In this document: piece by piece, positions 1-13,696 of the stretch | Layout: every line of letters begins with the position of its first letter | How positions within the stretch are numbered: the stretch's first letter is position 1 | Source: Eledone cirrhosa | Taxonomy: Eukaryota | Length of the DNA stretch: 64,000 bases | NCBI GenBank assembly: GCA_964016885.1 | Contig: OZ024759.1 | Location: 30,318,001-30,382,000, forward strand | Direction of reading: 5' to 3' | Program-made: the position numbers and the translations under genes | The notes under the pieces: generated by a model | Databases searched by the model: none | What the model was told of the DNA's origin: nothing | The model's input: the letters and a program-made list of their open reading frames with translations, nothing else

Positions 1-43
<43 letters not shown>

Positions 44-309
44 CGCAATAACAACAACTACAGCAGCAGCAGCAACAACAACAACAATGCCTAGGTTAAA
101 GCAGTTTGGAGAGAAGTAATAATTTCTATATCCCCGCTGGAATAACGAATAAAATGAGCAGGAAAGAAATTTGAACATGGAAAGGAACAGGACTATAAAT
201 AATGTTATTTACTCAAAAGTCCTTTAGCGATTGATGTAAATAAACCTTTCTGAAATTGAAAATTTTGTCAACAGATATATTTTCACTTGTTTATTATTTT
301 ACTAGTTTA

Positions 310-1225
310 AGGCTATGGAGCGGTAGAATCGATTGAGCATCGGAGAACATGTGTTGCGGTATATAGTTACGGTCCTTACGGGGTCGATAAAATAAAGTAC
401 CAGTAATACACTGGGGTATATTTGCTTGAATTTCTCCTCCGCCAAAATTGCTTGCCTAAATCAGAAACCATCATTATTAAAAATAGAGTACCAGTAATAC
501 ACTGGGATAATTGATGGCCTTGTGCCTAAATAAGAAACCATTATTAGTATTTTGTTGTTGTTGTAGGGTGGTGGATTGGCAGTATCGGTAGAGAGACGGA
601 CGCCATGCTTTGCAGCATAGAGTTATGGCCCTTTATGATCTGAGTTCAAATCCCGCCCAGGTTAGCTTTGCTTTTCATCCTTAAGGGGTCGATAAAATAA
701 AGTACCAGTCACGCAATGGGGTCGATTTAATCTACTTACCCTCCCACAAAATCAGAAACCAATATTTTACTGGTTTAGGCCTGTGGAGTAGCAGAATCGG
801 TTGAGCATCTAAGAACATGTGTTGCGGTATATAATTATGGTATATAGTTGAGTTGAAATGCCGCTGTGATAAGCTTTAGCTTTAGCTTAAATAAAGTACC
901 AGTCACGCACTGGAGTCGATTTAATCGATTTTCCCCTCCCCAAAAATTGCTGGCCTTGTGTCTAAAGAATTTATGGTCTGAGTTCAAATCCCGCCGAGGT
1001 CAGCTTTGCCTTTCATCCTTAAGGGGTCGATAAAATAAAGTACCAGTAATACACTGGGTAATTGCTGGCCTTGTGCCAAAAGTAGAAACAATCATTGTTG
1101 TTGTTAGTGTGGTGTATAAACAAAATAGAACTGAGTTCAAACCCCCCCCCCCCCACCCAGGTTGGCTTTCATCTACCTTTGGAACAAGGTCAGCATTAAC
1201 CCAGTGCATTACTGGTACTATATTT
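310..1225 (+). mobile_element. Cluster of ~5 full/partial tRNA-headed SINE copies (family S1), mostly head-to-tail
   Basis: A-box-like tggcagtatcgg, B-box gagttcaaatccc, core tttcatccttaaggggtcgataaaataaagtaccagt, tail gccttgtgcc..agaaacc + (att)n; recurs across the window. Confidence 0.85.
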
Positions 1226-1331
1226 TAATGTGTCTGTATACGTACATATCTACATAGAAACAAGGGCATTGGTTTTGAAATTTGAAATGTTCGCGTGTGG
1301 GTGCACTCACAGATAAATAACTATACATACA

Positions 1332-1362
<31 letters not shown>

Positions 1363-1524
1363 GAAGGATTTTAATGGATACAGTTTAGTTAAAAGGAATT
1401 TATTGACACGTGTTTCTATAACAGTTACATGACCTGAAAACAGCTGCTATCTACAAAGTATTAGTTATGCAGACATTCAATATTTCAATGTTATTATCAA
1501 CTGTCATCAACACTACGGAAAATA

Positions 1525-1576
<52 letters not shown>

Positions 1577-1634
1577 TGGTATTTATATATACATGCAGAA
1601 GTGTGTCAATTTGTTAATATATACATATACATAC

Positions 1635-1725
<91 letters not shown>

Positions 1726-1884
1726 GTGTTATAGTTGTTTTTCAATATTCAGATATATAGCACATGAAAATTAATTTATTTAGAGGCGTAATTAAAATGA
1801 TTAATTAAAAGCTGCTCAAATATATTCATGTATCTCATTAATAGACGAAATAGAAAAGCTGTTGGTAATGACACTAAAGTATGT

Positions 1885-2200
1885 TATTGCTGACATATGG
1901 AATATAGCAAAGCGGTGGTGATTAGCCTCCGTCGGCTACGACGACGAGTGTTCCAGTTGTTGCGATGAAAGGAAAGGGGGATATTGACAATAATGTTAAC
2001 ATTATTGCTGATAGATGGAATATAGCAAAGCGGTGGTGATTAGCCTCCGTCGGCTACGACGACGAGTGTTCCAGTTGTTGCGATCATAGGAAAGGGGGAT
2101 GTTGACAATAATGTTAAGATATTGCTGACATATGGAATATAGCAAAGCGGTGGTGATGGGCCTCCGTCGGCTACGAGTGTTCCAGTTGTGCGATCAAGGG
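1885..2200. repeat. Tandem repeat, ~117-118 bp unit, ~2.7 copies
   Basis: tattgctga.a.atggaatatagcaaagcggtggtgat starts at 1885, 2003, 2120. Confidence 0.9.
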
Positions 2201-2318
2201 AATGCGGGAGGAGGGGTTATGAGATTTTCGTGAGAACAATGGAGAGAGAGAGAAAAAAGAGAACGGGATAGCGAGCGAGGGAAAGAAATAGTGAAATATA
2301 AATATATATATATATATA

Positions 2319-2496
2319 AAACAAAGAAAGTGTGGTAAGGAACCGTGTACACCATAAGGCACCAGAGTACTCGATATTTAGGGTAGTAGAGTGGGTAAGA
2401 GGAAAAGGTTCAGGACACCGACGACTGAGCTCCGGTCGTTTCGACAGCTAGATCCGAACTCGGCCGGAGCGCAGCCGTCGGGGTCCTGAATCTTTT

Positions 2497-2498
<2 letters not shown>
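2319..2498. mobile_element. TA-embedded fold-back element, family A (PLE pLTR-like)
   Basis: Tail gtggtaaggaacc...gtagtagagtggg plus imperfect inverted arms ggaaaaggttcaggac.../...gtcctgaatcttttcc; TA-rich runs on both sides. Confidence 0.75.
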
Positions 2499-2539
<41 letters not shown>

Positions 2540-2624
2540 AGAGAGAAAGAATAAGAGAAAAAGAGAATGAGAGAGAGAGAAGAGAAGAAAGGGAGAGGGA
2601 AAGGAAACGAACCCTGGCTGTAAT

Positions 2625-2737
2625 TAATTGTTTCTACGTTTGGCACAAGGCCAGCAATTACCCAGAGCATTACTGGTACTTTATTTTATCGACCCCGTAA
2701 GGATGAAAGGTAAAGTTAACCTCGGCGGGATTTGAAC
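2625..2737 (-). mobile_element. SINE S1, 5'-truncated
   Basis: Reverse complement of SINE core and B box. Confidence 0.85.
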
Positions 2738-2847
2738 TTTAATTAATGACTTCTAGAGGATGACGGATGGATTTGAGTTGGAAACAATTTGAAGACGAAG
2801 TCGCCTCGAATATTATAAAGTATTTTGTTGGACGACTATAATAAGTG

Positions 2848-3012
2848 TACCTCTTCGCACCGGTCGCCGTCGAGACCTTGGGCGTACTCAGACCCCCTAC
2901 TGCCGAGCTCATCCGAAAGATCGGAACGTCAGCAGCAGCCCGTTTGAGGAAGGACCCCCGCAAGCTGGAGTAGCTGTTGCAGTGGGTGTCTCTGGCTTTG
3001 CAGCGGAAATGA
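2848..3012 (+). pseudogene. CRE-clade-like non-LTR retrotransposon C-terminal (restriction-like endonuclease region) remnant
   Basis: Translates YLFAPVAVETLGVLRPPTAELIRKIG...DPRKLE*LLQWVSLALQRK*, resembling the F.P.AVET.G...DPR...LQR.S.A.QRGN pattern; degenerate echo at ~4125-4200. Confidence 0.65.
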
Positions 3013-3564
3013 TTTTGCAGCTTTGTTCTTGGAGGCGTATCCCCAACACCACCACGCCTTAGACCCAGAGCCTATCACCCTCTCCCCTTCTCCGCCTTTT
3101 CTTCTGAGGCCCTAGAGGCCTTGCTTTCGCTCTCTTTTTCCTCTCATTCACCGAATATTTAATACATTTCAAACGTTCCTCAATGTCAGTCAATCCCCAA
3201 TATAAAGAGTGTTCGGAAGTGAGTGGGAGGGAAGGATTAAATGAGTGCTATTAATCTGTCAGCTAAGGTGGTATATTTAGGCTTTGGTCACGTATATTTG
3301 ATCCTACCTGACAAATCAGTTTTCCTGCTACGAGGTGTGAATAAGAACGCAGGATCAGTGAGATTATGATATCAAGAGAAAGTTCTCGTAAAATCTGACC
3401 GTACGTCATTGATAGTGTTAACATACGTAGATAAAACAGAAATCTAAACAAATATAATAAGAAAAGAAAAATATAATTAAATAAAAATAATAAAATTAAA
3501 ATAATTAAGTAGAGAAATTCCCATAAATACACACAGGTGGGTTGTTGGTTTTGACTGGTTGACG

Positions 3565-4113
3565 AGCATATATTGTATGTTGTAGGTTCAAATATGGTTT
3601 CGAGTCGGAATAGCGTACATTGTGATGAAGGCTCAAATATAGTTACTAGCTTACTTAGCATACATTCTGTGTTGTAGGCTCAAATATAGTTGCATGCCTG
3701 TATAGTATATATAGTGATGCAGGCTCAAATATAGTTAGTAATCTGATAAGCATATACATTCTGTGATGAAGGCTCAAATTTAGCTGCGAACCTGAATTGC
3801 ATACTTTCTCTATTTGAAAGCTCAAATAGAGTTGCTAGCCTGTTTAGCATACTTTCTCTATTTCAAGGCTCTGATGAACTTGCTTGTCTGAATAGCATAT
3901 ATTCTGTGCTGTTGGATCAAATGTAGTTTCTAGCCTGAATACCATACTTTCTGTGATGAAAGCTCAAACATAGTTGCTAGAGTAATTAACATACGTTCAG
4001 AATTGAAGGCTCAAATATAGTAGCTAGCCTAATCACCATACGTTCAGAGTTGAAGGCTCAAACTTAGTAGCTAGCCTAATTAGCATATTTTCTGTGTAGT
4101 TGACTCAAATGTA
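3565..4113. repeat. Minisatellite, ~45-47 bp unit, ~12 diverged copies
   Basis: Recurrent tgaaggctcaaatatagttgctagcctgaatagcatac. Confidence 0.9.
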
Positions 4114-4319
4114 ATGTGTTGCTAGGTCCCCGCACTGCAGATTTCCTCAGCAAAATCAGAAAGACAGCAGCTCGTCTAAGGAAAAAGCCCAGAACCCATC
4201 ACCTTCCCCCTAGAACCCTTACCTTTCCGTTACTTTTCCATTTTTATATTTTCTTATTTTACATTCCATTCTTTCTTCTCAGTCTATATTTTTCTTTTCT
4301 TTTTGTATTAAATTGTATT

Positions 4320-4770
4320 TACCGCTGTGTCTCAAGAATAATCTGCGTGGTATAAGACATGAGTTCTTACGACAGCGAAAGGAAATTCCTAACCATTCAA
4401 CCACAAACACTTACGTCAACTAAATACTAAGTTGACTTAATAGTTCTTCTTTTCGTCACCCATTTATTCCTGAGAGAATCGTGGGGCCAGTGTCCTCAAA
4501 CACTCCTTCCAGCAGGCCCTGTCAGAAGGAACCAGTCTCCAACTGATCCTGCTGGATCCCCAAGCGATACCAGCCAAGCTCATGGATGTCATTCAACCAT
4601 CTTGCTCAGGGTCTACCCGTGGGTCTCCTACCGGTTGGTTTTGCCCGTAAATGTTTTTACTACTGTATCTTTAGAATATTGTGCGTGGTATCAGACACGA
4701 GTTCTTATGACAACGAAACGAAATTTCCTATCCACTCAACCACAAATGTCTACTTTAACTAAATACAAAG
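4320..4770. repeat. Diverged ~110 bp direct repeat (about 4320-4430 and 4660-4770)
   Basis: gcgtggtat.agaca.gagttctta.gaca.cgaaa.gaaatt.ccta.cca.tcaaccacaaa in both. Confidence 0.75.
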
Positions 4771-5164
4771 ATCACTTAATACTGAATACTGGTTCTAGTC
4801 AATTATATTGATTTTTAGTATAGTAAAATTTTTACATGAAGTAAAACTCCAGCTATCTGACAGATTACATCCTGTGTCAGGCCGAACTCAGTTATCCAGA
4901 CTACTATTTATGTTAGTCATGCGTGAGTAATTAGTGACTGACTTGTATAATGTCGTCTTTATTTCCATCTAAATCTTACACCACCATCATTAGAGTTTTA
5001 CGCAGAAGCCAGTCTTAGTGGTTCGCCAGTCTTAGTTCGTCAGAATATCAGAATATTAGTATATCAGTATATTAGTATATCAAAACAGGTCGTGTCTATC
5101 CAACCCTGTCTCAGTTTCTACTTTATGTCGTTAATTATAAATCTCTCTGTTTTTAATCTTCGCT

Positions 5165-6500
5165 AATGAGAAAGTAGGATGCGAGATGAGGGAGAGGGGA
5201 GAGAAAAAGATGAGAGTAAGGGAGAGAGAAGGGTGAGAAAGATAAGAGTAAGAGAGAGAAAGAGATGAGAGTAAGGGAGACAGAGAGAGAAAGAGATGAG
5301 AGTCGAGAGAGAGATGAGAGAGAGAAAGGGATGAAAGAAATGAAGGCAGAGAGAGAGAGTGAGAGAAAGAGGGGAGAGAGAAAGAGATGAGAGTGAGAGA
5401 GAGAAAGGGAGAGAAAAAGACGGGAAGAGACAGAAAGACATGAGAGAGAAAAGAAAGTTATGAAAGAGTGGGAGAGAGAGATGAGATAGATGAGGGGGAT
5501 AGAGATAAGACTGAGAGATGAAGTATATAGAGATAGAGATGAGAAAGATAGATAAGAAAGAGAGATAAGAAAGAGAGATAAGAAAGAGAGAGAGATGAGA
5601 AAGATAGATAAGAAAGAGAGATAAGAAAGAGAGATAAGAAAGAGAGAGATGAGAAAGATAGATAAGAAAGAGAGATAAGAAAGACAGAGATGAGAAAGAT
5701 AGATAAGAAAGAGAGAGATGAGAAAGATAGATAAGAAAGATAGATCAGAAAGAGAGAGATGAGAAAGATAGATAAGAAAGAGAGATAAGAAAGAGAGAGA
5801 TGAGAAAGATAAATAAGAAAGAGAGATAAGAAAGAGAGAGATGAGAAAGATAGATAAGAAAGATAGATCAGAAAGAGAGAGATGAGAAAGATAGATAAGA
5901 AAGAGAGATAAGAAAGAGAGATAAGAAAGAGAGAGATAAGAAAGATAAATAAGAAAGAGAGATAAGAAAGAGAGAGATGAGAAAGATAAATAAGAAAGAG
6001 AGATAAGAAAGAGAGAGATGAGAAAGATAAATAAGAAAGATAGATAAGAAAGAGAAAGATGAGAAAGATAAATAAGAAAGAGAGATAAGAAAGAGAGAGA
6101 TGAGAAAGATAAATAAGAAAGAGAGAGATGAGAAAGATAAATAAGAAAGAGAGAGATGAGAAAGATAAATAAGAAAGAGAGATAAGAAAGAGAGAGATGA
6201 GAAAGATAAATAAGAAAGATAGATAAGAAAGAGAGAGATGAGAAAGATAAATAAGAAAGAGAGATAAGAAAGAGAGAGATGAGAAAGATAAATAAGAAAG
6301 AGAGATAAGAAAGAGAGAGATGAGAAAGATAAATAAGAAAAAGAGATAAGAAAGAGAGAGATGACAAAAGATGAGAGAAATAGGAGAGATACAGAAAGAG
6401 AGAAAAAGAGAGATACAGAGTATGAGGTAAGACAGAAAAGAGATATGAGTGAGAGTAGGAGAAAGATAAATGAAAGAGAGATAAGAAAGAGTGATTAGAG
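5165..6500. repeat. Purine-rich (AG) higher-order satellite
   Basis: Modules gagatgagaaagata(g/a)ataagaaaga and gagataagaaag; almost no C on + strand. Confidence 0.95.
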
Positions 6501-6698
6501 AGGGCGAGTTATGACAGATGATAGATTGACAATAAATGGATATATTGCTTAGCCGAAATTATAATGAATACAAGGGGTTAGTTGCGGTTTTATTCATATG
6601 TTGCCAATATCAATTGTGTTTAACAATGAGACATACCTTATCCTGAACAATGACATAAACCAGTCAATAATCTATCATACGTCAGTTTCTACGATGGC

Positions 6699-6756
<58 letters not shown>

Positions 6757-6818
6757 ATGTATGTGTGTGTTTGTGTGTGTATATGTGCGTGTGTATATAT
6801 ATATATATGTACATATAC

Positions 6819-6850
<32 letters not shown>

Positions 6851-6905
6851 GTGTATGTATGTGTGTGTTTGTGTGTGTATATGTGCGTGTGTATATATAT
6901 ATATA

Positions 6906-6966
<61 letters not shown>

Positions 6967-7007
6967 GATATATTAACAAATGGAAACTATATTTATAAAA
7001 CCCTATT

Positions 7008-7072
7008 TATTTCATTATACATATTACAAGGACACCAAGTTAAATTATGGTGTGCTTTCATCAGATAAAATA
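7008..7072 (-). ncRNA. Degenerate type I hammerhead ribozyme motif (family B-related)
   Basis: Minus strand: tattttat CTGATGA aag cacacca..tggtgt cctt GTAA tatgta TA atgaaata; GAAA changed to GTAA. Confidence 0.5.
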
Positions 7073-7230
7073 TAATATAGATCAGTTTTATAAATAAATA
7101 TTGACATACCCTTAAAGAATGCGACCATTTCTGTTGGAACCTCCCGGATAGTGGGGTTACTAAATTTATTTATTCTATTATGCAAATTAGTGTGGGATAT
7201 GTTTAAATCAGAGTAGATTTAAAATAAGCC

Positions 7231-7285
<55 letters not shown>

Positions 7286-7634
7286 CAGGGTGCGGACTAT
7301 ATTTGTTCGCAAGATTACTGCCTAGGAAAAGATAACACAGTAGTTTTATTTTTTAAGATTTATTTATCAAACTTGGGTCAGTTTGTCTTCATGACTTGTT
7401 CTTTCGATCTCACTCGATAAACCCGCCATTGGCTTTGATGACGGCTTCAAGGCGGCCTCGGGACCGGCTATAGGCCTTCGTCACTGTCTCCCGATTTAGG
7501 CCCCTAAAGGCACTTGTGATCCTGGCCTTCAGATTGTCTTTCGTATTGCAGCAAGATCTGTTGGGGTCTCGTTCCACTGCGTCCCACACAAAGAAGTCGA
7601 GGGGGTTGTAGTCAGGCGAGCTGGGAGGCCAGAT
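7286..7634 (-). mobile_element. Tc1/mariner (DD37D/maT-like) transposon 3' end with transposase C-terminus (7410-7634)
   Basis: IWPPSSPDYNPLDFFVWDAVE...RLEAVIKANGGFIE*; terminus ta|cagggtgcggac at 7286. Confidence 0.85.
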
Positions 7635-7642
7635 GTATATAT

Positions 7643-7692
<50 letters not shown>

Positions 7693-8059
7693 GTGTATGT
7701 ATTATTCGTGACAGCATTCGGGAGAGTGAGGTTGTTGGTTTACAAATAGGCAAGCTGGTGGTCAGCCGCTTCACGCATTAACTAACCGGCCCCCTCCAGC
7801 GCACCTGCTACCCACACCTTCCACCATTTCTATTCAATCATTCATTATACGACATATTACACTACGTCTCAATACAGCACTAATGAAGCTGGTATGCAAT
7901 TATGAATTTCCGTCTAATTTAACTATAATTAACTAGAATTTGATCCCGATAACTGTATACGCTTGGTTAGTGGCAATTAAGTAGTTCCTGACATTGCGGG
8001 ATTGGTAACCTTAGCCACACCTGGCCATAATTATAAAATAGAATAAAACCAGTGATCAT

Positions 8060-8099
<40 letters not shown>

Positions 8100-8131
8100 A
8101 CATGCACATATAGTCATACACGCCCCCCCCC

Positions 8132-8165
<34 letters not shown>

Positions 8166-8354
8166 CACAAATATATATACACAAATATATATACACAAAT
8201 ATATATACACACACACACATATATATATATGTGTGTGTATATATATATTTGTGTATATATGTGTATATATATATGTGTGTGTGTATATACATGTGTACGT
8301 ATATATATGTGTGTGTGTGTATGTATATATATATATATGTGTGTGTGTGTGTGC

Positions 8355-8411
<57 letters not shown>

Positions 8412-8950
8412 CATATACACACACACATATATATATATATACACACATATATATATATACACACATATATATATATATACACGCGCACATACACATATAC
8501 ACACACATACACTCACACACACATACATATATACACACACATATATATACACAACACACACAAAATGGCGATCAATCCTTTCGGTACGTCATCTTGTTAC
8601 ATGTAAAAGGTGGGGGAGAGAGAGAGAGTGTTTGTAGCTAGTGTGTGTATGTCTGCCTGTAGCTCGTGTATGTATTTAGTGTGTGTGTGTGTGTTTGTGT
8701 TTAGATCGTGTGTGTGTGTGTGTGTGTGTGTGTATATCTGTAGCTAGTGGTTGGGTGTAGCTCCTGAGTGTGTGTATGTGTGTGTGTGTGTAGCTAGTGC
8801 GTATGTGTAGCATGTGTTTGTGTGTGTAGTTAGTGTATGTTTGTATGTAGCTATTGTGTGTACGTGTATGCGTGCCTATGTATGTAGCTGTGTGTGTGTG
8901 TGAGTGGGTGTGTGTGTGTGTATGTGTGTGTGTAACTAATTATCCCAATT

Positions 8951-9490
8951 ATGACTTGCATCATCAACACCAGCACCACTACCACCATTATCATCATCAT
9001 CAGCAACACCACCACCACCACCAGCATTAACACCACCACCACCACCACCATTATCAACATCAACACCAACACCACCACCACCACCACCAGCATTAACACC
9101 ACCTCCACCACCACCATTATCAACACCAACACCACCACCACTACCAGCATTAACACCACCACCACCACCACCATTATCATCATCAGCAGTATCACTACCA
9201 CCACCATCACCAACATTATCATCCTCGACTGCAACAACACCACCGCCAACAACAACAACAACAACAACATCATTATCAGCAGCAACACCAGCATAACCAT
9301 CATCATCATTATCACTGCCATCACCATTATCACCACAACTATTATCATCATCACTATCATCATCATCACCATCAACCCCATCATCCACACGATCAACACC
9401 ACAACCATCATCATCACCATCAACGGCATCATCCACACGATCAACAGCATTATCATCATCATCCTCATCACCATCAACACCATCATCGTG
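8951..9490. repeat. Degenerate CAC/CAT/CAA trinucleotide tract
   Basis: Mixed trinucleotide units; ORFs on both strands are low complexity. Confidence 0.9.
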
Positions 9491-10769
9491 GTCGTTGTCG
9501 TCAGGTTTGTTATATCCAAAGTTTCTGTCAGCTTCCATGTCTTAACAGTTTACAGCTAACAACCGACGTCAACCATTACATACTATACTTTCTTACAATG
9601 GCAGACGACAGCTAAATTGTGTGTCCTCGCAGCCACATTACATGTTATACTCTCTTACAATGGCAAACGACATCTTAACAGCCTGTCCTCTTAACCACAT
9701 TATACTCGTATATGCCATGCTATACTTTGTTATACTGGCAGACGACAGATAATCTGTGTGTCCTCTCAGCCACATCATATACTGTTTTGTTTCACATCTA
9801 TCTAGACTATATTTTAACCTGTAATTCATATTTCATTTCTGTTCTACCTTATTTATACCCCCACCCCTCTCTCAGATGTCTTTAACCCATTGATACCAAA
9901 TATTTTTAGGTCAGTAGTTCGTGTGCAAGTATATAAATATATTTGTCTGTCTATATATGTGTTTGCATGCATGAATGAATACACTAAGCTTTAGATTTAG
10001 TAGAATGTACAACCACTGATTCCAGCTATTTGCACTATCGTATATTTTGGTTTCTAGTAATTCCCTGGGGAATTGGTTGACCAAATGCTTTGCTTAATTG
10101 TTTTATTGACTTCAAAAATTTTTTTTATTCTTTCTCTTAGATTTCAGGTATTTTTTTGAAAGCAAAGCCCCTAAAATACTACAGTGGGCCCTGCAACGCT
10201 ACTGTGAGCCCTTGCAATGCCTCCGTGGGCTCCCTGGAGCCCACTTACCATTGGGAAACCTGGAAACCCGGCCAGTCCGCCACTGATTGTGTCCATCCGT
10301 TCTTCCATTGACAGACGACAGCCGAAATGTGTGTCCTTTCCTCCACATTAAATACCTTGTCCTCTCAGTCATAGTATATACTATGTCCACCCGGCCTCAT
10401 TATATATGACATACGTTCTTTCATTGGCAGACGACAGCTACACTTTATCCTCTCAGCTACAGTGTATAGTGTTTCCTTTCAATCAAAGTATATACTATGT
10501 CCACCCGGCTTCATTATATATGACATACGTTCTTTCATTGGCAGACGACATTTTCAAATTGCAAGTCTGCCAATCATTTTTCTGTCATGTCCAGTCTAAA
10601 CCAACAACGAATTCCAAATGTATGTCCAACTATCATTACTGCTATTAATTATTATTGTTAAGAAGACTATGAAAGAAGAAGACCATGAAAAAAGATAACG
10701 AAAAATGACCAAGAAAGATGACTAACAATGATGACTATGAATGATGACTATGAATGATGACTAAGAATG

Positions 10770-11152
10770 ATGACACCATGCTTTGCAGCATAGAGTTATG
10801 GCCCTTTACGTTCTGAGTTCAAATCCTGCCGAGGTTAACTTTGCCTTTCATCCTCCTTACGGGGTCGATAAAATGAAGTACCAGGTTCGATTTAATTGAC
10901 GTACCCTCACCCCGAAAGTTGTTGGCCTTATGCCTAAATCAGAAATAATTATAATTATCATTATTATTCGGTGGATTTGCAGTATCGGTAGAGGGTCGGA
11001 CACCATGCTTCCCAGCATAGAGTTACATCCCTTTACAGTCTGAGTTCAAATCCCGTCGAGGTTAACTTTGCCTTTCATCCTTACGGGGTCGATAAAATAA
11101 AGTACCAGTAATGCACTGGGGTAATTGCTGGCCTTGTGCCAAAGTAGAAACA
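10770..11152 (+). mobile_element. Two tandem SINE S1 copies
   Basis: B box and core at ~10815-10880 and ~11040-11110. Confidence 0.85.
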
Positions 11153-11194
11153 AATACTATTATACTCATAGATTCAATTCTGTGTCATATACAG

Positions 11195-11240
<46 letters not shown>

Positions 11241-11729
11241 GGTAACAAATTATTGTTATCGGTAGTCCACTTAGGTGTAGTCCAGTTATCTTGCCCATTA
11301 TTTAGCTTCTTTGTTAGTGTTGTCTTATACATGTATGTTATTGATGATGAGAAACCTAGACAGCCCTGTCATCTATTATAGACCACACAAATTCCACTAC
11401 AGTGATACATCCTTCATCTGTCAGATAAAAACCGACTATTACGGCCTCCTGACCTACATTGTATAAAGACACCAGCTTATCTTTACACTAGATATAATAC
11501 ACCCTACGTCAGATTTTACATGTCAATTTTATACATCTGCCTCATGTCAGCTAGTTTTACACGCTAAAATCGTAGATATACTATACTTCCCACCTAGATT
11601 GACGTTGTGATTATTTCAAATAATGTATTGCTAGCATTGTTGATATTGTTGTTATTGTTCTGACTGAATGCCATTACTACTACATATAGTAGCCTGTATA
11701 TTCTTGTCATGCCTGTATATTCTTTTCAT

Positions 11730-11850
11730 TCTCGCAAGCTCCGATGAACTGACTGGTTATAACTTTGTATTGGCGATCGAGTAACATGAAAATAAGCGGA
11801 TAGCGATCTCTAGACCTACCAGTTTAGAGAAACAATTGTCAGCAATGAGA
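11730..11850 (+). ncRNA. Candidate hammerhead motif with extended stem II
   Basis: tctcg..gct CCGATGA ..actggt...accagt.. GAA ACAATTGT C agc..tgaga; palindromic stem III, GUC site, core U4>C; in a TA-flanked segment. Confidence 0.4.
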
Positions 11851-11893
11851 TTAAAAACCTTTTTTGTATAGCAAACCGTGTCACTCTTCTTTC

Positions 11894-11941
<48 letters not shown>

Positions 11942-12082
11942 ATTTTTATGTATATTTTTTCTGTGATGTTATGTGATTACTGCACCGAATTGTGATTGAA
12001 TCTCCAGTCACTCTGATGTCACGCCAAATATGGTGATTAGAATGCAGAAAAATCAAGATTTATCTCTCTCCCCGTCGCGCGT

Positions 12083-12140
<58 letters not shown>

Positions 12141-12367
12141 GTGTGTGTGTGTGTAACGACTGAGCGTTTATGTAGTTTAGTATGCATAGTTTAGTGTGTG
12201 TACAGACACAGAAATCTCTCTCTCAGTATATATATATATATATATATAGATACACATATATATATATATATACACATACACATATATCTATATATATATA
12301 CACACACCGACACATATACACACCGACACATATATACACACATACATATATACAAATACACATATAT

Positions 12368-12402
<35 letters not shown>

Positions 12403-12439
12403 CACAGACACATATATAACACACACATACACCCACCCC

Positions 12440-12483
<44 letters not shown>

Positions 12484-12598
12484 AGGTTGGTCATGTACCA
12501 GTATTGCCAAGAAAATGAAATACGCACCATAGGATTTTCACTTTATCTTTATTACTAGTTATTCGTTAATTCGTCATTATACATACATACTTATATAT

Positions 12599-12658
<60 letters not shown>

Positions 12659-12661
<3 letters not shown>

Positions 12662-12860
12662 ATAGCTTAGTGGGGTAAAAAACCAATAAGGATCTAATGA
12701 CATGTATTTCAAGCAATCCTGTTGAGTACATATTCTGACAACATAGTATATAGTCACGCTAGCTTTTCAAACTACATTCAACGCTCCTTTTTTCTTTTCT
12801 GAAGGGTGTAGGAAAGAGTCAATAGAGCATGCTTTATCATCTATTCATTAAACCTATATA
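12659..12860. repeat. ~200 bp segment duplicated at 15128-15330
   Basis: aagatagcttagtggggtaaaaaa...cattaaacctatata near-identical in both places; this copy is TA-flanked. Confidence 0.9.
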
Positions 12861-12880
12861 TATATATATATATATATATA

Positions 12881-13079
12881 GCGAGGGAAAAGTGGTAAGG
12901 AACCAGGTGGACCATAACGCACCAAAGTACTCAATACTTAGGGTAGTAGAGTGGGTAATAGGAGTAAGTAAGACCCCGACGGCTGAGCTCAAGCCGTTTC
13001 GACGGCTAATTCTGTACTGAATCAGTACAGAATTAGCCGTCGAAACGGCTTGAGCTCAGCCGTCGGGGTCTTACTTACT

Positions 13080-13084
<5 letters not shown>
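12881..13084. mobile_element. Family A fold-back element with perfect 63 bp arms
   Basis: Arms 12958-13020 and 13022-13084, 1 nt centre; contains GAAACGGCTtgagctcAGCCGTCggggtc; (TA)n both sides. Confidence 0.85.
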
Positions 13085-13141
<57 letters not shown>

Positions 13142-13146
<5 letters not shown>

Positions 13147-13290
13147 AAGTATGACCCCGACGGCAGAGCTCAAGCCGTTTCGACGGCGATTTCTGGACTG
13201 CTATTTCGCCTATTACGCACTCTACTACCCTAAGTATTGAGTACTCTGGTGCGTTATGGTCCATCTGGTTCCTTACCACAACTCCTTCGT
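13142..13290. mobile_element. Family A element, opposite orientation
   Basis: gaccccgacggcagagctcaagccgtttcg joined to the reverse-oriented tail ...ggttccttaccacaactccttcgt; TA-flanked. Confidence 0.8.
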
Positions 13291-13487
13291 TATATATATA
13301 TAGATTTACATTGTACATTTTACCATTCTGCTCTGAGGAAACGGTGGTCACAGCATTGGATATTTGAGTTCTGCAAGTACTTGTGAATTTGCACGTAGCA
13401 TAACTAGGCTGCAGTACCACCGTGGAAACACTTGTAAGCACACGGAATAAATTACCTTTTTATGATGTCTACCTGTTATTATTCATT

Positions 13488-13518
<31 letters not shown>

Positions 13519-13696
13519 ACGAAGGATATGTGGTAAGGAACCAGGTGGACCATAACGCACCAAAGTACTCAATACTTAGGGTAGTAGAGTGGGTAATAGG
13601 AACGAGTAGGACCCCGACGGCTGAGCTCAAGCCGTTTCGACGGCTAATTCTTGACTCGAAACGGCTTGAGCTCAGCCGTCGGGGTCCTACTCGTTC

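Noticed and set aside
567-660. tRNA gene
   Set aside because: A/B boxes belong to the SINE head; no cloverleaf and it continues into the SINE core
1398-1418. GAAACACGTGTC hammerhead 3' half on minus strand
   Set aside because: No CTGANGA or stem I partner found; too short to support alone
3565-4113. CRISPR-like periodicity (also 27647-27933)
   Set aside because: Whole units are homologous with no unique spacers; eukaryotic context, no cas genes
5153-6367. 404 aa S/L/F/I/Y-rich ORF
   Set aside because: Translation of the AG satellite; no stops simply because of composition
8851-9559. Gly/Asp-rich, Thr/Ile-rich and Val/Met-rich ORFs
   Set aside because: Trinucleotide tract with overlapping ORFs on both strands; no splice or homology support
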